From assembly GCA_037447605.1 (NCBI GenBank), contig CM074808.1, forward strand, positions 3,348,001 to 3,412,000: a DNA stretch of 64,000 nt, written 5' to 3'. This DNA comes from Zygnema circumcarinatum SAG 698-1b. Lineage: Eukaryota > Plantae > Zygnematophyceae. The notes under the pieces are model-generated. The model was given only the letters and a program-made list of their open reading frames with translations, did not search any database and was not told where the DNA came from. The translations under genes were made by a program, and so were the position numbers. Position 1 is the stretch's first letter. The number at the start of each line of letters is the position of its first letter. Below, piece by piece: positions 12,102 to 23,741 of the stretch.

Positions 12102-13316
12102 GGGGCGGAGCCGCGGGCTGGCGGGGGGGCTGGCTCGGATGCGATTCTGGGGGGTCCTGCCTTTTGCTGCTTTGTACATAGTACGTAGGAGCGGGCTGTA
12201 AGGTGTTGGTTTTGTAATTTTGCATTTGGTTTAAGGGCGCGGGTGAATTGTACATGTTCGTCTGGATGGTTCTCCACCAGCTTCATTGATTCAACTTTGA
12301 TTTGAAAAAAGAAAAATGAAAAATGATAATGATCTGGTTGGGCGACAACGTCAACTTCAAATGAGGCTTGCGGTGCAGTGGGGTTCATACGCAGAGTTTA
12401 TTTCTGACATTGTGTCCTTGCAATCGAGGCATTTGTGTCCTTGGCGTAATTTGCGGAGCGCTTGTGAGAACACGTAGCAGCTGAAATCGTCCCAACAAAA
12501 ACCACGAAAAGAGAGAAAAGATAAAAGGTGATAGAGTGACGAATGGTGTAACGAATAAGCAGCTTCAAGTTCCTTGTGATACAAACCTGTTTTGCTGGAG
12601 CTGTTCCTTTCAGATGCTTGGTTGAGGGTTGTTCTTCGCCTCTCATAGAGGGGATGTGCTTGCAAAATGTACCATACATGGAGGTACAATAGCAGCTGGC
12701 TATGAACCAAGTATGAAGTCAACAAATCCTGCTAGCCTTATATTCCAGAGCTGGATCCGCTTGTCCCGCCGTGCCCATGGGACTTCCTTTGAGCGTTGTT
12801 GTGAAGGGCGCACAAAATTTCAAGTTTACTTCGCGACTCGGTCAACGTTCATAGGATGGTCGACTAACACGGCGCATGGTGACCAAGATTGTGATGTGGA
12901 TCCGATGAATGAATTGGATGCCAACAAATGTTCTTATTTTTTTTTTTTTTTTCTTAAAAAACATTGAACCATTCGTTCAGTCGCACTCCATGGCCCTTTT
13001 GTGAAAATAGAAATAAACATTTTGAAATGAGCTTGAAGCTCCGGGGAGATGTAAGAATTCGCCGCGAAGGCCGTCGGGTACAAACGGGGTTTTGGCGCAC
13101 CGTCCTCGTCCAAGACCTCCGTTTCAGAGACCGGTGCGGGGCCAGCGCTTGCAGCCGCTTACTGCTTGCAGGAGGAAGGGAATCCATGAGGGAGGCATGC
13201 TGAGCGTTTGCTGACGCAAGGCGAGGATGATTATGCATTTGCAGGAGGGAAACTGATCGTATTGACCTACTGTGGTTGGTGCCGATTTGACATCGTCAGT
13301 ATTTCTGTCAGCAAAC

Positions 13317-13616
13317 ATGGACTTCGACATGGACGATCTCCTGAGTTCTCAGCGACAGCAAGTAAATACTTAGTCAGCTGCACAAAAAACGAGCGCAAAA
13401 GGAAAATCTGCGGCAGACTATGCTGATTTTGGTGAGGCAACTCCTCGAACGGCTCCAGTAAAGCAATTGTAGATCAAGCTTGACAATCTCTGGTGACTGA
13501 AAATGGACTATCAGTTTAAGGAAGAGTCAGTAAGATATTTAGATTCTCATTTAATCTGAATAGTTTTTTCATCATTTTCTTAACAAGTTCACCTTGGCTT
13601 ACATTGCAGACGACGA
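13317..13616 (+). pseudogene. Truncated copy of exon 1, intron 1 and the start of exon 2 of the At4g18490-like gene; the rest of exon 2 lies at 9497-9600
   Basis: ATGGACTTCGACATGGACGAT at 13317 matches 34414 (minus). Parent codon AAG has become TAG at 13371-13373. Sequence breaks off 6-7 nt into exon 2. Confidence 0.85.
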
Positions 13617-13652
13617 AAGAAAGAAAGAAAGAAAGAAAGAAAGCGAAAGAAA
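13614..13652. repeat. (GAAA)n microsatellite at the right junction of the duplication
   Basis: gaaagaaagaaag... lies directly between the end of the duplicated sequence and the second GCATACGG. It is absent from the donor locus. Confidence 0.95.
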
Positions 13653-14231
13653 GCATACGGCAGATGCCAATTCTGTATAAAAACCTCCGTTTCCATTATT
13701 CCAAGTGCGTGGACAGCACCAGAGCCAGCTCTCGTTGAGTTCGCCAATTATTTGACCAGCATGCCGGAATCGGGACCGTTCAGAAAACTTTTGAAGCTTG
13801 CTGCAAAGTGACACATGTCGAGCTAGCCTTTCAACCCCTAGAAGACGATAAATCTCAACAGTTGAAAGTTGAGGACCTAGACAGCCTCTCTAAAATGGAA
13901 GGAATGCAGGTAGAAGAACTTCATAGTGTGAACGTTATAGTAGTCAACCAAGGAAAGTGCCCGTTGAATGGGCTCACCACATCAGTAGATTCAATGCACA
14001 TATTGAAGAGCTTACGAAGACCGATCACTGGACTACAACCGCCTTCACTATTTACACTTCTCGCACAATATCCCCAGCAGGCTTACATGACGGTTGCATG
14101 TGCTGCTCTCTACATCGCATGGGATCATTGAAGTGGACCAGCGAACATTTACATGAGAGACTCTTCTCGTTGAACGTCGCTTCCTCCATACCTGACCACG
14201 TGGAGTTAAATAGCGTAGGTAGATTGGCAGG

Positions 14232-17200
14232 CTACTTAGTAAGGAAGCCCTTCTCGCAAAGATAGTTGATGACGGTCTCAGCCATGATCTCTGGAGCCAC
14301 AAGGGTACCGTCATCCTTGGCAACCTCCATCACCAGCTCCGGGTTTTCTGGTTCTTCATACGGATCATCGATGCCTGCAATTCATGCCCCATAGAAGGTT
14401 ATGCATGCGGAGAGGCCGTGATCACTTCCCATGTAAGTTGGGGCTATTTGGGGACCTAAAGCCCTCATTGTGGTTACAACTGCACACAACACAATGCCAG
14501 TGAACAGGAGATCCCTATAGAAAAGGACCTTCCAGAAATATCCTTAAATTAGTCATCCGAAGTCTCACCGACATCTTCAAGGACAGACGAGGAAGGACAG
14601 TCTCACCAATTTCTGACATACTGGTGCCAAGTTGTGACGTAATTATGTCAAGTTATTTCACGTTGCTAACTATTAACCACGACCTTCCCTTGTTGACTTC
14701 CTCCTGAGTGATGCATCCACAATCACATCCATAAAAACGACACGAGAGTAGTACTGGTCTCCTCCATTTCTCGACACGACTGAAGCACCAAAGCCCTTAC
14801 CATGTTCTACGACATCATACCCCGCCCATGCCCTCAAAATCGACCCAAACTTAGTCAGAATTTCCCCTCTACAGCAGTACGCCCCCAGGATGGCCTATCT
14901 CTCTATACAGAAAAATATACGGATTTCCCCCCCAGTAACTTCATCCCGTCTCACAATAATGGGTACGGAGAGTACAAATTGCTGTGCGGTCCTCCCCCTG
15001 ATTTGCACCCCTCTAACATCAAGACGGATATTTGCCAGTATCTTCCCACCGGTACTGCCATCCGTACTGCTGTATTTATCCAACATGTGAAACGTACCAG
15101 TGAAGCATTTAATCTTTCCTGCGCGGGCGAGTTTATACAGCCCCTTCGGATCACGTGCCTCGCAGACTGCCAGCGGGATTTTCATGTACACTTCAATAAA
15201 GTCTCCTTTTGGCAATAGATCCCTTGCCAACTGCCTATCCCGACTGCTCCACAGACGAGAAAAGCACGTCAGAGTGCGTCACCGTCAAAACTGCAGACTG
15301 ATGCAAGATGAGAACATCTAGTGCTAACAAAAGGCTAACGACTTACGCAAAAAATCACCATACAGGATAAGGACTCCTCTGTGATTGACAGTGACTTGCA
15401 GCCTACAAATAGGTGAGACTGCATTTTATAATGTATATGCTACACTTAGCCTGCAAACTCAACCCCGAAGCAGAAGTTAACCAACACCATGACACTGGAC
15501 CAGCCTTAAAACTAGCCGCGACTAAGATTAAAACAAATGAATGTATGAATGCTATAAAGGTTCAACATCGTTACATTCAAGCAACTATGCTCAGGGGAGG
15601 CAGCATATCTACCAACCAATATGATTCTATTATTCTATTCAGATAGAAACTGAAGTGGAACATGCATATCAGTCTTTAAACTTGCAGCACTTCCCAGGTC
15701 AACGGAAGGGGCGGCCGAAAGTGCTTAGCTGGTAGAAACAACGGAGTCTACGCATTTGATCAAAGCATAACCTTTGAAAGCATTTGGTATGCCAAGTATC
15801 AGCATACCTATATGGAGAAATGAAGCTGACCATAGTTATCAAATTTGCTTCTGCAAAAAGCTTTGCCACTTCGCCAACCCTTCGAATATTCTCCTCACGA
15901 TCCTGTGGGCTGTTATCCACGGCAACATCATTTTAGTAACGAGGCATAGGTAGGGCATACCACATGAAACGCTACATATCCAGAGTGTCAGTCCCTTATA
16001 CAAGCAGAGATATACAGCACCCGAGTGTCAGTTCAGGTTTCGAATCCAAACAGTCGTTGCTGCCTTAATAGGAGAGATCAGTTCCGTCATTGACACAAAT
16101 TTTAGTCAACGTCAGCTCAACTGTTTTCTAACAACTGTTAAAATCATTTCCACAGACAATCCAAATTGTTCCTCAACAGCAGCTAGAGGCAGAACTGCCA
16201 GTCGAGCACCCACGGCCTTTCATCATCCGTCAGTAAAGGCGATGAGCTCTTCCGTATGACTTTGCGAACGCTTGTCCAAGGAACTCCTTCACTTAAAAAA
16301 TCAAAAGCAACTTGCTATGCTAATTAGACGCAACACTCTAATTCGAGAAATATATTAGGAGAAAACCTAAGGGCTATGATAGAAGTAATCGATATGCATG
16401 TTTCCAGAAATAAATTGCTTAGTTACTAATAGATGTTCCTAGTGAAGGCTAAGTTCCATTGTACGTGATTCACTATATAAGTTACATACTTCAAGCCTTT
16501 CTTTTATGGCAATCAATGACTCCCACAACAGGCACACTTAAGGCATGGTCGAATACAGTCAATAAAGGATTGGAGTCCAGTGTGCATCATCCAGAACGGC
16601 AACTGACTCCACAGGATGCCAAAACCTTACCAAGTTATAATTATTTTCGTCACTTGCAAACCCCCAAAGGAAAGGTAAATGTAACTAGAAACGACAAAAT
16701 TTCTCAACAGTGTTACTGAACTACAAACAAACAGCTACTCTGTTTACTTGAATGTGAACCTTTTGAACTTTGATCCACCTGCATCTATGACGTTTAAGGA
16801 AGCAATAAGTTATGTATAAAGCAATTCGTTGAACTTAAAAGTCTGCTCAGTGACCCACAAGAAATCCAGCTCTCATCAATAGTAGTAGTTTCATCATCAG
16901 CTTTCATCACCTGAATCCCAGGTTTTTGTTCAGACCATGTCGAACATTGTCGCCATCGAGTACAAAGGCCATTTTTCCCAAGTTCGTGAGGGCATGATCC
17001 AATGTATAAGCCAGTGTACTCTTTCCTGATCCGCTTAAACCCGTCAGCCAGATGACGCATCCCCTCTGATTCATCAGTCTTTGCCTGCACCCGCTTCAGA
17101 GAGACGCAGCCACCACATTGTTTTTAGAACATAGATACATAAATTATCAAGCTTATTAACATGACAAAGTTTAGAGTTTTGCAGCTAACTAATGAATACA

Positions 17201-18970
17201 GGGAGCTGCAGATCTGCTAGTGGCAATGACTTCAGAATATGTGCATAATGAGAAGTGGGGGAGAAGTAAACTGGTTTTTAAAAGGCTTTTTGATTGCAAC
17301 TCAAACCCACTTTAAATAGCATTTAAAAATTCATCACTTGCTGTAAGTCTTATTGCAAGATTAAGTGAACAAGAAAGAGCCCATGCAGGGATAAGCATTG
17401 TCAAAATTCCGGGCATGTGAGGAGCTAGAGCATATTTTAGCAGCCTGAGCTATAACTCGCCAATTTCCCTATGAGAATGAATAGCTTAAACTGATTTGCG
17501 AGTTCCCAAATAAGAGAAGCAAAACGCAGTCTAGACTTCACCATACACATCACAGCGTCACACAGCAAAGGCTTGTAATGCTACATAACTACAAGGCGAC
17601 AAATGGCATGCCTCGCACAACCTCGACCAAAGATTGAACTCTAGCAGGAGCAGAATCGCGTGTCAGATGCTGGAGACGTTACCTTCACTGCGACTCTAAA
17701 GGCAGGCAACAGTTTTAATCTACAAACGACTGAGTCTCGAAATATAAAGCAAGGCATGAACTGCCTGTAGATTTCAGTCTCACAAGCACAGTGAATTCTG
17801 ATGTAGCTCCTTAAACAAGCAACAAGTCTTGATTTTCAAAGCACATTGCCGTAGCATCGAATCGGATAGTCTCCTACAGCCGTAGTCCTTAAGAGATCAA
17901 GGAGCAAAAGAAGTGAAATTTTCACTTTGGATTGGCAGATCGAGACAAGATCTTGCAATGCAGGTCGCAATTCAGGTAAGACATCTTTCCCAAGTAAACA
18001 ACGCCAGCTTTACAGTCAGTGCTCGAATTGCAGGAATACTCTCGTTTCCACATCCTCTGGAGGTGATGCCCAATTACAAAGAACACAGCTGTTCAAACTG
18101 AGATGTTTGTTCACGAGCCGACTCAGCCTAGTTCGACCTAGATAACCTAAAAAATCATCGAGCCGAGGATTCAAAGGAAAAAAAACGGAAATATAGGCAT
18201 CTGTAAGCTTTCAGGCAATTCATTCTCAAAGCTCACCTGTCTTCTTTGCAGACTTTTGAGTCATGCCATTTAATGTTTGTCGCTCTTCCAACATCGTAGA
18301 CGCTGGATTCTAACACTGCGCTAGTTGTACATCGCGCTGTGTTCTCCGGAACCACAGCGCCGTTTTCAGCCATGGAGACTGAGCAGTAAGGGCCGCCTGT
18401 TCTCCTCGATCTTGATGGAAAAGACAGAGCAGGCGAATGCAGCTGCCGATCGCCAATCTTACCTGCTACAAAAAACTCTTTCGCTAAAGAGACTACAGAT
18501 TCGCCTTCCAACATGCCAAACACTCGCCCACCCTGCAAACCTTGCAACATGGCTGCAAGATCTCACTTCAGACACGCCAAGTGAAACGATCAAGGCCGAA
18601 AAAGGCTTCAGACAGGCCTTGCTTTACTTGCAACGTCTTCAAATACGTGCTGGAGGCGCAGCCATGCAGGGACAGCAAGCGCCTTCTTGAAGCCCAGTGG
18701 ACCTCCAGGAGCAGAGCAGAGCCGTTTCCTGCAAGGGACTATCTCTGCCTCAATTTGAACCTGCCAACATCGGGAGGGAGGGCGGTGCCCAGTGACAGGA
18801 CGCGAAAAACAATATTTCATCCTGCCCTTGGTCTGAAAGAGACTTTTTCCTGCCGTCAAATATTTATTTCCAGAGGCGGGCAGACGATATGGCCCATTTG
18901 TGCCCATCATGTATATTGGCGTCAGCTGTTCGTCAGGAGGGTGGAAGTTTTTGGAGCGTGCGATGAACAT
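14232..18970 (-). CDS. APK: Adenylyl-sulfate (APS) kinase with N-terminal transit-peptide-like extension
   Basis: Exons 18970-18629, 18554-18237, 17084-16911, 15909-15808, 15243-15098, 14374-14232. Motifs [23 protein letters not shown] (P-loop), [74 protein letters not shown]. The first exon is less certain. Confidence 0.95.
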
Positions 18971-19598
18971 GTGTTTGTTGCCCGTTTTCTGCGGGCAGGA
19001 GGCCGGGCAGGACCGCTACAAGACATGGCGAGCCGAATCGGCGCGATCCTCGCGGTCGCAACTTTCTGACAAGGGATTTAATGCTTTCCTAAAACTATGT
19101 ATATAATTATATTCCTGTCCCTCTTTTGGCGCCCAAAATCAGAGGTCAATTGCAGGCTGCAAACCGAGATGACGGCTTTTCAAAAACCGAGTTTTTAGTC
19201 AGGCAGACTTGTGAGGCGGAGAAACCGAATTTAAAGTACAAACTTTTCTCAGGTTTGGAAATGGCGTCATATTACGTCTGCATGAGAAAGACCTGTCAGT
19301 CCCGTCAGTGCCCACTGTACGGAGAGCAAAATTTCTGCCGGATTTCACGCAAAAAGTTAAACATCGCCGTACTGGACAGGTGGATCCCGGGTCAAAAAAT
19401 TTGAAGGTGGAATCTATCCTGCTTCAGATGTACAGTATTATGTCTACCGGTATAGTACTGCTGTACACACATGCATTTTAAAGATCCACAGCAGGATCAA
19501 CTTGTTGAACCCAGTACAGTAATTGCAAATGATCCTTGCACTTGCGCTTCTCCGCGCCTTTTTTAGAGGTAAAATGCGGATCCAAAACGTATTAACTA

Positions 19599-19798
19599 GG
19601 GGGAGTCAGACCTTGACCATCGCCAAATCAATTTCGTAAGCCTGTCGGGCGAATTAAGCGTTGGCTAGGTACGCATTTCGGTACGGCTGGGCTCGGCGGA
19701 TCCGCGGATCCCGATCCGGAATTCGTACACGAAAGTAGCGACTTTTAGTATAAGGAATTCGGGAGTTTCGTAAGCGATGGTCAATGTCTGACTCCCCC
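19599..19798. mobile_element. 200-bp MITE-like element with 25-bp terminal inverted repeats
   Basis: Left end GGGGGAGTCAGACCTTGACCATCGC; right end revcomp GGGGGAGTCAGACATTGACCATCGC (1 mismatch). AT-rich flanks, no clear TSD. Confidence 0.8.
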
Positions 19799-19920
19799 AA
19801 TAATTAACAACATAGTAACTTTAAAAACTTTTCAAAAATTTCTCTTTTCTCCATTTCTGTTGTGCTTAGGTCCTTTGCGACCAGTCCCTCGTAGTTCCAC
19901 ATCATGCTTTTGTCCATGGA

Positions 19921-19946
19921 CATTTGATGGCCATCGTGAGTTCAAT
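19921..19946 (+). repeat. Member of a dispersed hairpin motif family TTTGATGGC(N0-4)GCCATCGTGAG (other copies at 8261, 8498, 20204, ~27830 degenerate, ~49375 on minus)
   Basis: Direct comparison of six loci gives the consensus CCATGTWCATTTGATGGC-Nx-GCCATCGTGAG(T/A)YCAATGCC. Confidence 0.75.
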
Positions 19947-20414
19947 GAAATTTTCTTGTGGTTTCAAAAAAGTTATTATTAAGATCGTTTCCATGCAGTT
20001 CCGGAGTTGCTTTGACAATCACTGCCTTCGCATCGAATGCTTCCACCCAAAAGAGCCAAACACTCAATTCAATTCAAACTCGTAAAGCCTCTAAAGAAAT
20101 TATCATCATATTAATCTTTCCCATGTAATCTCCTCCCCACATGCATCATCACACCCATCACATCCCCCTGGTTTGGCTTCCCATGTTGATTTCATCCATG
20201 TTCATTTGATGGCCTCCCCATCGTGAGACCAAAGCAAGTTATCCTCTCCCTGAAAAAAAAAGAACAGCAGAATCGAACCGATCCCAACATTGAATAGCCG
20301 CCCTCACATGCCCTCCTCCTAACCCTAATTCCCCAAAGCCAAGAAAAATTCCCAGAGCCCCCCCACTCCCCTTCCTGCCCCCCCATTTGACCCAACCCCC
20401 CCCCCCCCCCCCCC

Positions 20415-23400
20415 TCAGTTGCCCCCCTGCATTCCGCCCCTCATGAGGTCCTCCAACGCCGTTCGGAGTCGCTCCGTGGCGAGCCCACACTTCTCTTTGT
20501 CTAAGTTCCCAAAGGCAACCCTAATGTGACCCGGACCCCCAGAGGCGCTCCCTGGAATGACGGCGACCCCATGCTTCTCCACCAGCCACTTTACCACCGC
20601 TCTGTCATCTACGAACTCGGGAGGAAGTTTCGCCCAAACATAGATTCCTCCCTCCCCCCCCTTCACAGCTCCTTCGCCTAAACAGGCCAAGGCATTGAAC
20701 ACTAACTCTCTATTTGCTTCGAGTGTTTTCACCCTCTCATGCACCCATTCAGGCCCTTCTGCTAGAGCTGCGAGGGCAACTTTCTGACCCAACAAGTTTG
20801 CGCATATTGGAATAGTGTCTTGGGCTTTTAGGAGAGATGCTCCGAGGTCCGGAACTGAGTTCGGATAGGCAATCTGCATCAAGTGGGGTATAATGGGTTG
20901 TAGGTGTTAGCACATTTGGCTTACAAGAGACATCGATTCCTCGTTTGCAAAACTGTTAAGGATGTGGGACGTGAGCTTACATAGCCGACTCGCCATCCCA
21001 TCATGCCGTACGCCTTTGAGAATGAGAAAACGTTAATAATGTGGTCTCCTTCTAGGCACACATGCTTTCGTCCGTCAAACATAAAGTATCTGTAAGTCCT
21101 CACTCACAAAACATGGTTGAGGAAACTAAAATAAGAAAGCAAATTAGATAAACCAAGATGCAGTAAAACAGATCAACAAACAAAAGTAGGTGCAGTTGTT
21201 GGCACAAAGAGCCTTCGGCTGCTTACTCATATGTGTTGTCTAAAACCAGCCACGTGCCGGCAGCTTTGCAGGCGTCTGATATTCTCTGATAAGCCCAGTG
21301 AAACGGAATCAGTTAGAAAAGGCTCACCAAAGAGAGACTTGACTTGACTTGACTTGACTCGACTCGACTTGACTTGACTTGGCTTGGCTTGACTTGACTT
21401 AACTTTTAGGTCCCTTCAGGTGAAGGGACCTAAAAGGCTGCTCCAATGAGAGACCCAAAAGCCATGACAGTTGAATGCATCAACAAATTCCTTCATCCTG
21501 TATCTGTATAGGATGCCCTTAGTGAATTTCTTTGCTTGGGATCAGCTATGAGCATACCTGCAGTAACGATTCCGGAACGTATGTTCCAGTAGGGTTGCAA
21601 GGATTGCATATAGTGATGACACGTGGCGCAGGTCCGTACTGTCCTGCCAGTGCTGCATCTACCCAGTCTGCGCATTGATAGAAACGCGACTTCAAACTTC
21701 TACTGCTTTCAAGTGTATGCAAAAAGTTCAAGAGCTTTGCAGGGCCCGAAACAAACTGGAAACTGGAGAGAATGCAGGGCTCATACCTGCACTGGGACGC
21801 ATAGAGTCTTCATCACATTGGCCGTACAGTATCTTCGTGACACCGGTCATTTGAAATGCCATTTGGTGGTTGAAATAATAAGGGCTGAAGAGGACAACTG
21901 TGTCTTCGGGGTCGCAGAGGGTCAGAACAACATTGACAAATGCCTGGCCATCACAGTCACACGTGCGGTCTTCACTGCCTTTGTACCCAGAGCATTCATT
22001 TTCATTTCGAACATGAAATTTGTGCACATTGTAAGGAGAGTCTTTTTTGTCAAGCTATCCATCACCTGCCCACCTGATTAGCACCCGCCGTCACCATAAT
22101 TGAGGAGTTCATTAAGTGGTTCTCTTTCTTCACCTGCATAAGAAAGGACTGCCACTTTGTTCAGAAAAATGGCTTCCTCCTAAGCAACTTGAGCAAACAG
22201 CATGAGCAGGGAAGCAAATTTTTTTTTTTTTTTTGTCAAGAAATCTAGATCGTCTTGCAGATTTGTCCAGTCGTGAAGATCAGCTACAACTCACCTTCTC
22301 CACAAGCGCAGCTCTGAGTTCTATGGTGCCATCATCAGCACCATAACCATGAACTTTAGGATCACCAAGAACAGACTCCTGAGCAGCTTTCAGAGCGTTT
22401 ATTGGCGGTCCCCAATACACAATACCCTGAACATTGGCAGTGGGGAACGGAAGAGGCAAACAACTGCTTTGCAATGAGCACATAATAAAGTTACTGCTAA
22501 TATGTAAATGAACGCTCATTCAATAATGAGTGAAGTTATGGAAATGTCATTGGTCATTCTAATAAATAAGTACATAAATTTATCAAACCTCAATAACGAG
22601 CGCAGTGTAAAGCTTAAAAACGAGAGTGCCACTTCTTAGAGCTCATTCCCTCTCCTCCCCCTCGCACACACACAGGCGCGCATCACACAAGGCACACAAA
22701 TGCATGCACAAGAACATTCTTAAACATATCCATCAAGGCAGCCGCGAAAGTGAAGAAGAAACATTATTTGTAAATTTGGAATAATTTTCTACACGAGTTT
22801 TCTCCTCCCCTCCCTTCCCCCACTCCCTCTTCTTGGGCAACTTTACCCTTGCATGCTAAATTTCCGCCTAATTTCCTTGGTTTCAACAAAATCAAAGAAA
22901 CAAAGAAATAAAGAAACAAAGAAACTGAAGGACACGGCGGTCTAACTACTGTAGATGTCGTCGATGCAAGGAAGGAATTCGAATGTTGAATTCAAGATCA
23001 AATAATGTCAAATCAGGATGTCTGTACGTCCGGAAATTGCCCTGTTTTTTTCCCAGAGGCATTGTTGACACAACTGCAGATGCAGAAGGGCAAATGAACG
23101 TGAATTTACCTGACCGAGAGATAACACATCCTTGCGACCTCCTAGAAGCTTGGTCATCTGAGAAACAACGCATTTTTTTAGTCCTCCTAAGGCGATGACC
23201 GAATGGATTTATTCATAGTAGCGAAGTCAATGCCTCAAACATGCATTCATTGCCATTTAAGCTTCAAATGATGTAATCCTCCAGATTAAACGGTGTCACG
23301 CAGAATTTTTGTCAGCAATTGCCTGCCTTACCTGGACCATAATCGGAGTGTCTGTCTCCACAATCCGCTTAGACAGCGCAGGCCCCTCAGCCTTTCCAAT

Positions 23401-23622
23401 TGCAGCAGCCATGTCTGTTCCTTGCACGATTGCCGGCTGCGAGGCTGTTACACGCACTTCTTGATTTCGATCAGAAAAACGACAAAATCTCTGCTGTTCC
23501 AACTTTCTTTCATACAGCAGTGAGGGCGCGGCAAGAGACGGCGCTCCTACATCCAGCCACCCTCTTCTCTCTGCAAACAAGAAGACGCTCCTTGTGCAGG
23601 TGCACGCGGCTGCGCCTAGCAT
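20415..23622 (-). CDS. ISS1: Class I/II PLP-dependent aminotransferase, ISS1/VAS1-like (aromatic amino acid aminotransferase)
   Basis: Exons approximately 23622(or 23412)-23332, 23157-23110, 22426-22296, 22133-22072, 21945-21786, 21668-21558, 21284-21226, 21091-20983, 20879-20415. Motifs ETDTPIMVQ, SLGQGIVYWGPP, YGADDG..ELR, MVTAGANQAF, PYYFNHQMAFQMTG, NPCNPTGT, LDNTYEYF, SFSKAYGMMGWRVGY (PLP lysine), GGEGGIYVWAKLP, VIPGSASG. Confidence 0.92.
21336..21436. repeat. (GACTT)n microsatellite followed by a perfect 16-bp hairpin, in an aminotransferase intron
   Basis: gacttgactt... from 21336 to 21400, then CTTTTAGGTCCCTTCA-GG-TGAAGGGACCTAAAAG at 21403-21436. Confidence 0.95.
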
Positions 23623-23741
23623 ATGTCTCAGTAGAATTAAGGGTATGTCTCAGTAGAAATAAGGATATGTCTCAGTAGAACTAAGGATATGTCTCAGTAG
23701 AGCAATGTGACACAATAGAGCTAAAAGTATGTCTCAGTAGA
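23621..23741. repeat. 22-bp tandem repeat (4 adjacent + 1 displaced unit) at the 5' end of the aminotransferase
   Basis: (a/g)tatgtctcagtaga recurs at 23621, 23643, 23665, 23687 and 23727. Confidence 0.9.

Larger units (their letters stand above)
9488..13660 (+). other. Inverted, circularly permuted segmental duplication of 33843-39360, flanked by the 8-bp direct repeat GCATACGG
   Basis: 9497-9757 = revcomp of about 34105-33843; 9770-10279 = revcomp of 39360-38896; 10340-13616 = revcomp of 37488-34112. GCATACGG at 9488-9495 and 13653-13660. Confidence 0.88.

Noticed and set aside
11711-12388. 225-aa antisense ORF conserved in both duplicates (also 35397-36080)
   Set aside because: It is antisense to the GC-rich glycoprotein exon, and its conservation is explained by the near-identical duplicated tract.
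9488-13660. Retrocopy (LINE-mediated) origin of the duplicate, suggested by TSD plus simple-repeat tail
   Set aside because: Introns and upstream promoter DNA are retained and segment order is permuted, which an mRNA intermediate does not explain.
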